Shown: positions 13,001 to 26,489 of the stretch, one piece after another
Layout: the number at the start of each line of letters is the position of its first letter
How positions within the stretch are numbered: position 1 is the stretch's first letter
Source of the DNA: Eledone cirrhosa
Lineage: Eukaryota
Assembly: GCA_964016885.1 (NCBI GenBank)
Contig: OZ024740.1
Location: forward strand, 102,486,001-102,550,000
Length of the DNA: 64,000 bases
Reading direction: 5' to 3'
The notes under the pieces: generated by a model
Databases searched by the model: none
Told to the model about the DNA's origin: nothing
The model's input: the letters and a program-made list of their open reading frames with translations, nothing else
Translations under genes and position numbers: made by a program

Positions 13001-13670
13001 GCTTAAAACTTTTGTGACTGTATTTTAATGAAATACCTTGCCTATGTTTCAGTTCAGAGTGAACATAAAGAATTTGGGAGACTTTACTAAAATAATTTTT
13101 CATTTATAAGGTATATTAAGCTGGTGTTTTTGGAACATGAAAAATTCCTATATAAAATTATGAGACAGAACTCGTTAATTTAAGGATGAACACTTTAAAA
13201 TGAGAGGCTGTATTTCACAGACCAAGAGGCAATATCAGGCAATTTGGAACACTTTAAAATTAGAGGCTTTATAACATAGAACCAGAGACTGTATCAAATA
13301 GTTTGGTATAAAAAAAATTCCTGTTTAAATTAATTGTTCAAGTATGCATCATTTTCATTTTTCAAATTTCAAGATTTGTTATTTCTAACCAACCAAAAGT
13401 GAAATGTTAAATCCACAGACTTAATATGAAGGTAAAGCAACACTATGATTGAAACACTAAATTATGAAAATTAATAAAATACACTAAGATTATCAAATTA
13501 AACAGAACACAATTTGTTCTTTACAGATGCATTGGGCAGGCAGAATATTATGTAAAAATATGCAAATTGGGAAAAACAAAATGGAAGTAAAATTGTTAAT
13601 AAAAAATTATGATCAGTTATACTTGCAATACCACATACCCAAACGAAGATCTGCTTTCTCATACATAAAT

Positions 13671-13864
13671 ATGGGGGTCAGCTGAAAAGTCCATAAGCTG
13701 ACCAAGATACTCTCATGGAATGACTAAACGAGGTTTATTTTTTAACATAGTCCCTGGAAAGAAACAATGCAGTTTTTAAAAAGAAGAGTTGAAATTCATG
13801 CATGCAAGATTTCACATCAACCCTTCATAGTCAACCTCTAAACGTTTCTGTCGACCCTCATATA
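13671..13864. mobile_element. Short mariner-like MITE
   Basis: Imperfect TIRs tatgggggtcagctgaaaagt / acgtttctgtcgaccctcata flanked by TA. Confidence 0.55.
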
Positions 13865-13899
13865 TGAATTTATATTTGTGTGCAGCAAGGAATATAAGT

Positions 13900-14851
13900 C
13901 TTCACAGTTCCCTTGAGATGTTTCTTCAGTTGTGGAAAGAGGTGATAATCGGAGGGAGTCAAATTAGGAGAGTAAGGTGGGTGGTCAACCAATATGAAGC
14001 CAAAGTCGTGTATTTTCGGTAGTTTCATGTGCTGTGTATACTGGTGCATTGTCCTGAAAAAACAGGATACCAGAGCAAAGCTTTACACAGTTCATCCAAC
14101 AAAGACATATCGTATTCTGCATTGATGGTTTGACCCTTTGGTAGGTATTTTATGAGGAGTACTCCATCTTTGTCCCAGAACACTGAAGCCAGAATCTTTC
14201 CAGCTGACTTCTGGGTCTGAAACTTTTAGGAACACAGTGAACCATTATGACGCCACTCCATTGGTTGCTGCTTCATCTGGGGATCATAATAATGAAGCCA
14301 AGTTTCATACATGGTAACTAAATGAGCCATAAAATCAGCCTTTCCTGCTGCATTCATGCATTTCTGCACACATTTTGTGGAAAGCTTTCTCGTGTCTAGA
14401 ATGGTGTGGCCAACTCTTTCACAGGAAATCTCCAGAGTCTCAGCCTTGACTTTAGCTGAAATCCAGAATCATTACGGGCACAACATCAGCTTTGTCCTCT
14501 GTGGTCACAAAAGTTGGCCGTCCTGACTGGGGGTTCATCTGTGACCTCGAAATGACCAGTCCAGAATCAGATATTCACTGTGGAGTAAGATGGACAGCCA
14601 TCTTTCAAGACTACCTTCATCTTGCAATTGATTTCCACCTCTCCTTTGCCTTGCAAGAAAAGGAACATCATGACTGCCTGTGCTTCAATTTTATCAAAAA
14701 CCACTGTAGGAGCTGCCATCATGCATTAAATCTGCAAAAAAGAGAAAGATATATTGTATGCCATCTTGATTTTTTGCATACCTTCTCCTAAGTAGTTATC
14801 TTACCTCCCCTGCAATACTCTTAAAGCCAGAAACTTTGCAGCAGCCCTTTG
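13900..14851 (-). mobile_element. Decayed mariner-type DNA transposon
   Basis: Minus-strand remnants VTMYETW, VFWDKDG and LFFQDNA resemble the mariner DDD core; TIR-like aagggctgctgcaaagtttctggc at 14825-14850. Confidence 0.7.
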
Positions 14852-14859
14852 TGTGTGTA

Positions 14860-14893
<34 letters not shown>

Positions 14894-14898
<5 letters not shown>

Positions 14899-16405
14899 GG
14901 CATTCGTCGATCTTGAGAAAGCCTTTGACAGAGTTCCACATGCTGTAATCTGATGGGCTCTTAGAAAACTAGGAGTAGATGAATGGCTTGTGAAAGCGGT
15001 ACAAGCCATGTATAGGGGAGCAGTCAGCAAAGTTAGGATTAGCAATGAGTATAGCGAGGAATTTAGCGTACAGGTTGGGGTCCACCAGGGCTCTGTTCTT
15101 AGCCCCCTCCTGTTCACCATAGTCCTGCAGGCAATAACGGAGGAGTTTAAGACCGGATGCCCATGGGAACTCCTGTATGCTGATGACCTTGCACTTATAG
15201 CTGAATCTATGATAGAACTAGAGAAGAAATTCCAAACTTGGAAGCAGGGACTAGAAAGAAAGGGTCTCAAAGTCAACATGACAAAGACTAAGGTCCTTGT
15301 AAGTAGACGAGAAGACAGAACCCAGATCCCCTCAGGGAAATGGCCTTGCTCAGTATGTAGGAAAGGTGTAAGTAGGGACTCTATTCTCTGCCCCAAATGC
15401 AAACAATGGGTACACAAGAGATGTAGCGGGATCTCAGGAAGCTTAATTAAGAATGTAGGCTTCACATGCAGCAGCTGTGCTGGGACAGCAAGCAGCAAAC
15501 AGCCACAGGAAACAAGTACCACCAATCTCTGGGAGGGCTCTGTAGAAACAGTAGACAGCTTCTGCTACCTAGGTGACCGAATTAGCAGCGGAGGTGGGTG
15601 TTCAGAAAGTACAATAACTAGGGCAAGAATGGGATGGAAGAAGTTTAGGGAACTACTACCACTGCTAGCTGCAAAAGGCTTCTCCCTCAAAATGAAAGGC
15701 AGACTGTATGATGCGTGTATCCGAACAGCAATGTTACATGGTAGTGAGACCTGGGCGCTGAAGGTGGAAGACTTACGTAGATTAGAGAGAAACGAAGCCT
15801 GCATGCTCCGATGGATGTGTAATAGGAATATACGCGAACGACAAAGCATAAATGAATTGAGAGAGAGACTGAGCATAAGAGGAATCAAATGCAGTGTGCA
15901 GGAGAGGCGGATGCATTGGTATGGACATGTGATGCATATGAAGGATGACAACTGCATAAAAAGGTGCAGAGCACTAGAAGTCGATGGAAACCACGGAGTG
16001 GGGAGACCCAAGATGACCTGGGATGAGGTGATAAAAGCCGACCTTACCCAATTACACCTCTCAAAGGCGATGACACACAGTAATACAGAGTACCCGACCT
16101 CCCATGGGTACAAGCTGAAGCATATAGACAATATGCCCCCACACCCCCCACTGCAAGGTGGTCGTGGAGGTGCCACGACAAAAAAGTACCCAGCCCACAC
16201 TGTAAAGTGGACATGTAGGCGCCACGAAAAAGCACCCAGCACTCACTGTAAATAAGGTTGGTGTTAGGAAGGGCATCCAGCTGTAGAAATCAAGCCAAAT
16301 CAGTTCCTGTATGTCAGCCGACCAGACACTGCCCACAACAGGACAACCCGTCTAACCCATGCTAGCGTGGAAGAACGGACGTAAAACGGTGATGATGATG
16401 ATGAT
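14894..16405 (+). mobile_element. 5'-truncated RTE-clade LINE with PHD finger in RT and a SINE-like chimeric 3' end
   Basis: YLAFVDLEKAFDRVP, GVHQGSVLSPLLF, ELLYADDL, FCYLG, LHGSETW, WYGHV and GRPKMTW motifs; one in-frame TGA near 14951; (GAT)n tail; (TA)n on both flanks. Confidence 0.92.
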
Positions 16406-16762
16406 ATATATATATTTATATATATATATAATTCCTTTAACCTCATATCAGTGCACATATAAGAATCTACATGTTAAAAATATGTGAAGGGGTAATGGTG
16501 GTGTAACTATATAATGTCCCCAATACATTCTGAAAGATGGTAGTGCTGGTGCTGTGATAAAGTGGTTGGTGTTAGAAAAGGTATCCAGCCATAGAAACTA
16601 TGCCAAAGATGGAACACATGAGTTCTGTGACCTATCATGTCTCATACTATGATGATAACATGCACATGCATTCATAGAAACATACATGCTTTTTAATTCA
16701 TTCTAGAATTCAGACAAATGTTTTACAATTTTTTATTGGTTTTTTTTTTTTTTACATTGCAG

Positions 16763-16889
16763 ATATGAATCTAACTACAATCGGACGTTTGTGCCAAGGA
16801 GCTTTAAATCTGATATCAGCGATACTTATTCAATGCTGCGATTACCTCCGGCAGATCTGTCTAACACCAAGTTTGCAACAAATGTATAA
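16763..16889 (+). CDS. Terminal coding exon of the host gene: (R)YESNYNRTFVPRSFKSDISDTYSMLRLPPADLSNTKFATNV*
   Basis: Poly-T tract and ttgcag| acceptor; phase matches the 6477 donor (AG+A=Arg); TAA at 16887-16889. The C-terminal T-x-V is a class I PDZ-binding-type motif, suggesting a receptor or adhesion-protein cytoplasmic tail. The family cannot be determined. Confidence 0.8.
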
Positions 16890-17193
16890 ATTCTACAACA
16901 TGATGTGATAAAAATAAAAATATTAACATGCAACCAAATTAAACCATACATAAACAAAACAAAACAAATCCAAATGTGCAAATGTTCAGTGACATTGTAT
17001 TTCAAAAAAAAAATATAGAAAATTATTAAAAAAAAAATAATAATAATATATAAACCCAAACGACATTCTTCCTAATATTAAAAAAAAATGATAAAATGAT
17101 AAAAAAGAAAACATAAAAACAAATTAAATTGATAGAAATATCTGAGAGAAGATAAAATATAAAATTCATGAAATGGAATTTCTTTACAAAGGA

Positions 17194-17267
<74 letters not shown>

Positions 17268-17604
17268 TAATTTTCATTTCCCACCCCTCCCAACAATCTT
17301 CATTAATTTCAAGGCAGTTGTTTTTTTTTGTTGTATTTTTTTGGCTCTGCTGAATAATTAAATATATGATTGTGTAAAATATTTTCTACAACACAAAAAA
17401 AAAGAAACAAACAAACATTACAAAAAAATAACGTCTTTATTCATGAAATTTCTTTTAAAACAGACAAAAACCCAAAAGCAGTGTGAGATTGGGTGGGGGT
17501 GGGGAGTTGAAATGGGTGTCCCATTAGTTACATAGAACATTTCATTCCCATCGGAAATCTGAAGATACATTGTTGATCATCACATCTAGCTAATCTGTGT
17601 GCTC

Positions 17605-17649
17605 TAAATTATATATAAAATATATATATACACAAATATGTATTCATAA

Positions 17650-17684
<35 letters not shown>

Positions 17685-18044
17685 CACATATATATATATA
17701 CACATATATATATATATATATACACATATACATACATACCTATATATATCTATATAATATATATATATATAAAGATATATAAATACACACACACCTGTAT
17801 ATATATATACATATACATATAGAAAGAGAGAGAAATGAGATAGATAGATAAATAGATATATACATATATATATATATGTATATATATATGTATATATAAA
17901 CATACATTTATATATAAATACATATATAGTTACATACACACACATATATATCATCATCATCATCATCATGATATATATGTGTGTGTATGTAACTATATAT
18001 GTATTTATATATAAATGTATGTTTATATATACATATATATATAC

Positions 18045-18077
<33 letters not shown>

Positions 18078-18362
18078 CAATATTTGAGTTATTTTAAATG
18101 TGATTGCAATTTTCAATATAATCTAAGTGAAGAATATATGTACGACTCCTGGAGATTGTGGAGAAATTTCAGTGAAAATTTTATTCCAGATCTACTACAA
18201 GACAGACAGTCAAACAGACAAAACTTGAAAAAGATTTACATCTCCTTCAATCCAGGAGCACTTGAAAAAAATGTAACAAATCATTGTGCTAAGATGGCAG
18301 CTATGAAAGAGATATGAATAATTAATAGATAGGTAAATAAATAGGTAGGTAAGTAGATACAT

Positions 18363-18418
<56 letters not shown>

Positions 18419-18580
18419 TTTATATAATATTTATATATTTATATAATGTGTATATATATATGTGTGTGTATATATATATATGTGTGTATATATATGTGTG
18501 TATATATATATGTATTTATTTATATAACATGTATACATATGTATTTATTTATATAATATATATATATATTTATTTATATA

Positions 18581-18614
<34 letters not shown>

Positions 18615-18778
18615 CATATATATATATATAATTATTTATTTACATAATATGTATATATATATGTGTGTGTGTATATATATATATATGTATATATATATAC
18701 ATATTATGTAAATATATAATTATATATATTTATATGACATATCATATATATATGTGTGTTCGTGTGTATATATATATG

Positions 18779-18812
<34 letters not shown>

Positions 18813-18820
18813 TACATATG

Positions 18821-18858
<38 letters not shown>

Positions 18859-18888
18859 AATATATAATTATTTATATTTATATAACAT

Positions 18889-18935
<47 letters not shown>

Positions 18936-18973
18936 TATATATAATATATACATATATATAATATATGTATAAT

Positions 18974-19010
<37 letters not shown>
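17605..19010. repeat. Large compound (TA)n/(CA)n microsatellite field, interrupted at about 18080-18350
   Basis: Seen directly in the sequence. Confidence 0.95.
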
Positions 19011-19011
<1 letters not shown>

Positions 19012-22000
19012 GCTCAATCAAAGAAAGCAGTTTAAAAAAAAAAAAATTGAAGAAAAAGAAAGGTGCTTTATGTCATGTTCATTTGGATCCAATACTTATT
19101 CTGGAAGCTGTAGTGTTGAAATGAATGCGTTTTGTGATGTTGATGTTGTTTTTTGTTTGGTTGCTTGTTTTTTGTTGCTGTTTGGTTTTGTTTTTTTGTT
19201 GCTGTTTTTTTTTCTTTTTGTTTTCGTTGTTTTTTTTATTGTTTTCTTGGTTAAAACAGCAAACCTTCGTTTGTGCAACAGCTACTTTGAATCATTGAAT
19301 ATATTTTCCCTTTAATTCCTTTTTTTTTTAAATGTTTTCCCACCAACTATCGAAGCTCTCATATAATTCTGAAAATTATTTCATAGGGATACAAAAAACA
19401 AATAGTATTTGAAAGTAAAATGAAAAGACTTGGCAGATGTTTAGTGTATGATAAATGTAATAAACATGATATTGTAAATCCCAGTTTGAGACAAAATATA
19501 GCAACAGAACCATTATTATCTTTTTTCTCTCAAATTGAAGCTAATCATATCAATCCCTTTCCATAGAAGATCTTAGCATAATTTATTATAAATGTGTTTA
19601 TATATATACAAAAACAAATTGAGATTAAGGTTTAACATGTTCATATGTCTACATATTGAAATATATCCATATGTGAGTGTGTATGTATATATTAAATATA
19701 TACACATACAATCACACATGCAGATAAAATATACGTAAATATAACTCTTATTTACATTTGTGCAAAACAAAGGTACTTTTGAATATTAAAATTTGACAGA
19801 AAATTCAGGATCTATAGAAAATATAAAATTGATAGGTGTGAATTAGAAATTATATATATAAATGCAGCTAACGTTAGGAATAATTGTCTCGAAACCTTTT
19901 AGCCCCTGTGATATGACCAATCTATAGAATCATTCTGTTATAAATCAATAAAAACATATGGGGGGAGGGGGGGGGGGGGGGGGCTTTATCAATGAAGTCT
20001 CCAATTTCAATAACTATTCTTTTTAAATCAGTTAAAATAATGTGTCAGCCAAATATTATTTAGCTCTAGACAATATAAAAGAAACAAATTAAAGAAATAT
20101 TTTTTCAAAATTTAGATTTAAAGATAATTAAAATAAATTACTTTGAATATTAAAACAATCCATAAAAGCTTTTAAAATGCTTTTCAATGAAAAGAAAAAC
20201 AAGGGAAGTAATGAAATTGTAAAAACAGTAAATAGAGTTGTCTCCCTCAGACACAGCGTCATCTTCATAAATATAATTCATAATGACGTAAGAAATATAT
20301 CTTTATTTGATAGCTTGTTAATTCCATTCACAATTTTATTTTTAACTTTACTTCCTGTTCGTTTCAAAGCTTTTTTTTTATTACTTTATTTTCTTGTACC
20401 AGTAATTATTTTGTTTACCCAGTAATTATGATCCCACTTCAGCGCTAAAAGCTTTCTCATGTTTATGAGAGTGTATTTATGAATGTGTGTTTGTCAATGC
20501 ATGGCTATAATTGTATTTACATGCAAGAAGTAATTATTTAGTTTGCACAAGACTGTACACTAAATGTGCTTATGTGTATAATATGGAATGAAATATATGT
20601 TTATTTGGCATAAGCTGTAAACCATCAAATAGTGAAGGTTGTGATTAATATATTATTATATTAATTATTACTTAAAATATGAATTAGGTATTGATGATTA
20701 CTCTACTCAACCAATACTTTCTCTAAAGTATCATTAACCTCTAAGATAATCTTTAAGTAAAAAAGATTGCTCTAAGAAAGAAAAATATTGTCATTCAGCA
20801 AAATCGGTGAGTTGATTCAGATTCTTGGTTAACACCATTCCAATTTTTTATCTCTCCCAGAATGAACATGTTCTGATTGACTAAAAATGTATGCAACACT
20901 GAGCATTAAGATTACAATTGATCTATAGAGATCTGTTCATATGTTTCGCACATGTGGAATATACACGTGTATATATTAATTCACAAGACTGCATTTCGTC
21001 AGAAGCATATTTGATTTGAAGCAAAATCAAATTATGTTGAAGCAATTGTTTTCCACAAGGCACCAACATATATTTGTTTACAATCCCAATATTTATATAG
21101 GCTGAATAATGTTATGACCTGTCCACCCTGCTTTTTTCATTATTTACTAGTGTATGTGTGTGTATCTGTGTGTTAGTACATGCAGTAAATTTCAAACCCA
21201 GAGTAACATAGATTAATTGCCATTTTTCATGCCCGATTTTAAAATAAAGTAGTAATTTATCTACTTGTAATCATTAAAAAGAAATTATTGTTATCACTAG
21301 AAAAAATATGAAACATAAAAGGTAGTCAATAAAGGAATAAAAGTAATCTTTTATTATATTTGTGAAGGTACTTTGCCTTGTGGTTAAGGTATTGAACTTG
21401 TGATCATAAAGTTGTGGGTTCCATTTCTGGACTAGGTAGTGCATAGTGTTCTTGAGAAAAACACTTCATTTCGCATTGTTCTAGTCCACTCAACTGGGAT
21501 TTAAGTTTGATAATTTTAAAAAGATAATTGTTAAGTATTTTTTAAGAATAGGATTTCAATTTGAAATAACTGGGAGCAAACTGTAGGAAGCTGCTAATGG
21601 TTGCACAATAAAGTTATCTTGTGAAAACAAAAACAAAAGCTGTAAAAAAAAGCACCTATAAGATGAATTTATTATGTCATTTTAGAAGCACATCAATTAA
21701 GATATCTTGACGTTTTCTCTAGCAACTTCTGAACAGAAAGGGGGTAGGGGAGTTTCCTTTTGAATGATGGTCATGGTAGAATTTAGTTTCCTGCTTGAAA
21801 TAACTTCAATTCATACTATGTCTTTTAATAAAGGCATAAATATTACTGCATCCTGCTTACATCCCTCACTTAAAATATAGGGACTTTTATAGCTAGATAT
21901 TTGTAACTTAATCTAATTATTTCTATCCTGAAATTAAAATATATTCATAGTAAATGTATTTGTTTTGCGATTCTAATAATGTTGAATAGAACTTCTGAAG

Positions 22001-24514
22001 GATGTAAACAAGTTAAAGAATTTTTAATGTAATACAGTTACATAAAGAAAAAAGAATGTTTAAGCACTTATCTCATCATTGAATCAATGGTGTTTCATCT
22101 TTTCATGGATAAATACTAATAATATACTGGACTTAATTCAAAAGAACTCTCCCATCTTTCACTAAAAGAAAAAATATATAATGATTAGCTAGTCAAAAAT
22201 GATCATTACATCTACATGCAACTTAATGGTCATGTAAAAATGCCTAACAATCCATATACTTTCATAACTCCTCTCTGAATATTAGACATTATCAAAACAA
22301 AAGTAAAATATATTGACAAAGTTGCATAAGAATCATTTGTTAATTTCATATTAAATAATAACTATTTGATATACAATTTCTGTGTGTGCTATATATAATA
22401 AGGATTTCCTCTCCTACTGTTAAACTTTTATCATTTAGATAATAAATGAGGAAAAGCTTAGCAACAGGGCAGAAAATCCTTATAACATCTACACTACTTT
22501 TCGTAAGTATGGACTACTAAGTTTAATAATGGTCTTACTGGTCTTAAACAGTAACATCTCACCTATATGTGTGTGTGTAAAAAAAATACACTTTGTGCAT
22601 GTGAGTGTGATGTGTGGTTTCTTTACAAAGGAATTCACCTACCACAGCCAATACAGAACAGCAATCAGAGAACCTCATGGCAGCCAAATTCCCCCAATAC
22701 CATCCTACCATCTTAAAACAGGAATGTCATATTAGTTTATGGAACACCATATATGCCAGATAACAAGATGGTCAAGGCTGATCTGGGGTTAACAACATTA
22801 ACAACAACTGGTATCTGATGAAAACAAAGTAAAGAAAAATTATATCAAAACCTCATATCTTATATATGATTCATTAACCCAACTAAAACAGTTCATGGCA
22901 AATCTGCAGTTGAAAGATCATCTGACCTAAATCTTGTACTTAAATAGATAACTGATGTTGGAAAGACAGAAGCAGAGGGAAAAATACAAACCAATTGAAA
23001 AGCTGAAACCAAAATGAAGAAAACATTTGTTTAAGCTTGATATTGTATGATAAATTATATATATATGTGTGTGTGTGTGTATGAATAGGCATGCATAAAC
23101 ATGTATACACTCTGACGTGACTGGAACTTTGAGTTTCACCTTCCAATGGCTAACACACACACACATATATATATATATATGTGTGTGTGTTTGTATATGT
23201 ATCTGTATATATATGAAAAAATATATATATATATTTATATATGTGTATGTATATAAGTATATATGTGTTTTTGAGTGCCATACATACAAGCACACACACA
23301 TACACATCTTTTTGTTTTCTTCCCCATCAATTTCTGTTGGATTTGGCATTCATCCCTCCCCACTTTCAGAAGTTTCCATCGGTAGCTAAATGTTTTTACC
23401 AAAAATAGAATTGCTAGCCCCTTCCAAAGTTTATATTTATTTACAAAACTGCCATTTGAGTGTTACAAATAGATTAATGTTTTGTTTTGTTATTTTTTTG
23501 TGTGTTTATTTGTATGTTTATTTTTTCTTTAAAGAGTTTATTTGTTGCTACAGTTCATTTATAAGTTTACCTTGCCCAAAGTGTCACTTACCCAAGAGGT
23601 AACCCAAGTAAAAACTAACCTGAGCCCAGCTTAATGTTGCTTAACTACAGTGTTACAAAACAAAATTTAAAAAAAAAGGAAATAAAATATAAATCAAAAT
23701 TGTTACAGGATTTAGTGTTACCATTACTATATATGGTCAGCAAGAACATAACATGGTTGAAAAGCAAGGATGAAAAAAAAAAAAATCAAAAGAACACCAA
23801 CAGAAAATTACTAAACATGCATATATGTATCTGTATTATTACTATTTTTTTTTTTTTCATATGTCTCTGAATTCTGAATGGCACAGAGATTTGGATGATT
23901 GATTTGGTGGAAAAAAATGTTTAAGTATTAAGTTTCTGATACAAACAATTCTGGAACAGGCCATATCCATTCCATCTTCCTATTGTGCTCCTTTCCCATT
24001 TTCAACAAATTATCAAAAACAAAAAAAGTCTTTTAATCCTATTTTTAATTTTGTTAAAAATTATTTTATTTATCTATTTGTATCAACCATTGCTTTTGAA
24101 AAAGAAAACACAAGAAAATATTTGCAGGAAAATACTTCCTTGCTTCAATAAAATAGAAATGTGTTCTGGATAATTTAAGGGGTTATTTTATAATGATCTT
24201 TTTAAAAAGAAATTTATTTAAATTATCATCATTACCATCATTATCATCATCATCATTAATATCATTAAAATGATTTCAATTAGCTGCAATTTGGTATTTT
24301 TGCAGTAGATATATTTTGGCATCATTATTAAAAGTTGAAAAAAAAATTTGTTGTGAAATTAGGATAAATTTATTGCTTTATGGAGAAAAAAATGTTGAAC
24401 AAAATGGAAGAGAAATGATATGTAAAAACAAAACCATGAAAAGGTGACACTTGAAATAATAATAATAATAATAAAATAATAATAGTAGTAGTAGTAATAT
24501 TGATAATAATAATT

Positions 24515-24700
24515 GTTTCTACTTTTGGCAAAAGGCCAGCAATTATCCCAGTCTATTACTGGTACTTTATTTTATCAACCCCGTAAGGATGAAAGGCAAA
24601 GTTTACCTTGGCGGGATTTGAATTCAGATCATAAAGGGCCGTAACTCTTTGCTATAAAGTAAGGCATCAGGCCCTCTACCGATACTGCCAATCCACCGCC
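24515..24700 (-). mobile_element. tRNA-derived SINE (family A)
   Basis: Reverse complement of ggcggtggattggcagtatcggtagagg...gcctttcatccttacgggg...gataaaataaagtaccagt...gtagaaac(aat)n; same family as 44776. Confidence 0.8.
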
Positions 24701-26449
24701 TTTTTATATTGATAATAATAATAACAATAATGATGTGTATTAATTGAGTGGGACTGATAATTAGAGAAAAAGAAGGAAATTTTTAAAAAATTGGAAAAAG
24801 GAAAAAAATTCCATATTTTTCTATTAATAAAAGAAAAAAAAAGAAATAGACACAACACAATTAATAAGCATTCATACAAACAACTCAATAATAACAACAC
24901 TGGTATAATAAATGTTATGAGGTGAAGCAAACAAGTCTTGTGCAATTTGTGTGGTTATTTTTCGTTCATTCACCTTTTCCTTTTTTGTCTTTTTTTTGTT
25001 TTCTCATTTTATCATTCATAAATTAAGATACAATTGTATAATTATATTTATGTTAATATTATATTATATTTATATCATAATAATATTAATCCTTTTAATA
25101 CTAGCACAGTGAGTATCAGACATCAGCAGATTGGACCAGACTAAATGCCTTGCAGTATTAATAATCATAGCTATATTCATTTTATGTTGTTTTGATTTCA
25201 GTTCCTTCCCACTGAGATCAACTATCTTTCATCCTTCCGGGGTGCATAAAATAAGTCTACCAGGCATTTACTGGATTCATTTCAACTCTCAGTTATTTAC
25301 CCTCTCTACTCTGAAAAACCTGTGGTCATATGCCATTACATGAAATCAATATTACTATCAATATTAATTTTAAATTAGCAAATTATATATTAAATATTGA
25401 TACTAATTGATAATGGTTTTTCATTAATATTATATTAATATTAGATTGTCAGCCATACGTGTAAAAGGCAAAGTAGAAGCTGAATGGCAAAGTGAAAGAG
25501 TAGAATCTGAGGAAACTAGTGAAACATTTCATCTCTCTCCAACGAAGGGTTCTGCCCAAAATGTTAGACCCCTCTTCTTCCTCATTACAAAATAATTTAT
25601 TCCACTTTTTGAACATGGTTGGGTGTGCAAAATATCAGATTGTCTGTCTGGTAAATCTTAACATTATGTATTGCATTAGCAAGACATTATTGAAAAGTAC
25701 AAAACAACACTATGACTGCATCACATTAAAAAATTCAGTCTTTACTTTATTTTACTGCAAATTTTCCCCAATGATCGTCCATTAATAAATATAATATAGA
25801 CAATTAAATTAACAAACCTATTTTGAGATATTTTCTGTTAAATCATGACAGGATGGTAGGAGTTCTTCACACTTTGTTTCCTTAGTTTCCTTGACTACAA
25901 CGAAACAGATACCAGGCTGTTTTCTTAGAAAAGTTATTGACAGTAGACTAGCTTCCTACCCAGAGGTATGAATGGGATGATTTAATTCATCTGCTGAAAA
26001 TTACAGAAAACCAGGATAAAAAGAATTACCCCTACAAATCCTAGTTACTCATTAAACAATTAACATAGAATAATGCTTTCCTATTAGGAATTTTTCTGAA
26101 GAAAAACATTTTATAATTGATAAGAAATACACATTTGTTCTGGCTATTTAAAAAATTAACTGAAATAGTTTTATTAAATATTGAAAATTATAACTAAAGT
26201 CTTCGTTTATTTTTCTATTATTTCTGGTTGCAATTTTTTTTAATTTCCAGATTTATTATGTTGTTCATTTCTTTTTAATTTCCATGAAATTTATTCTAAA
26301 GCATGACTAGATGAAGATTTGTTTATTAGCATATTTAGTCAAGCCTTACATGTTGATACATACATGTACATCTGACATATATATGGCTAAACAGGAAGAC
26401 ATACATGAAACAATTACACAGTATACATTTCCTTGTTTTTGTATGCCTG

Positions 26450-26489
<40 letters not shown>

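Noticed and set aside
14821-16242. Long minus-strand ORFs (234 and 225 aa)
   Set aside because: They are antisense shadows of the RTE RT ORF. The same applies to 40730-41233, 42843-43271, 48588-49544 and 57075-57488.
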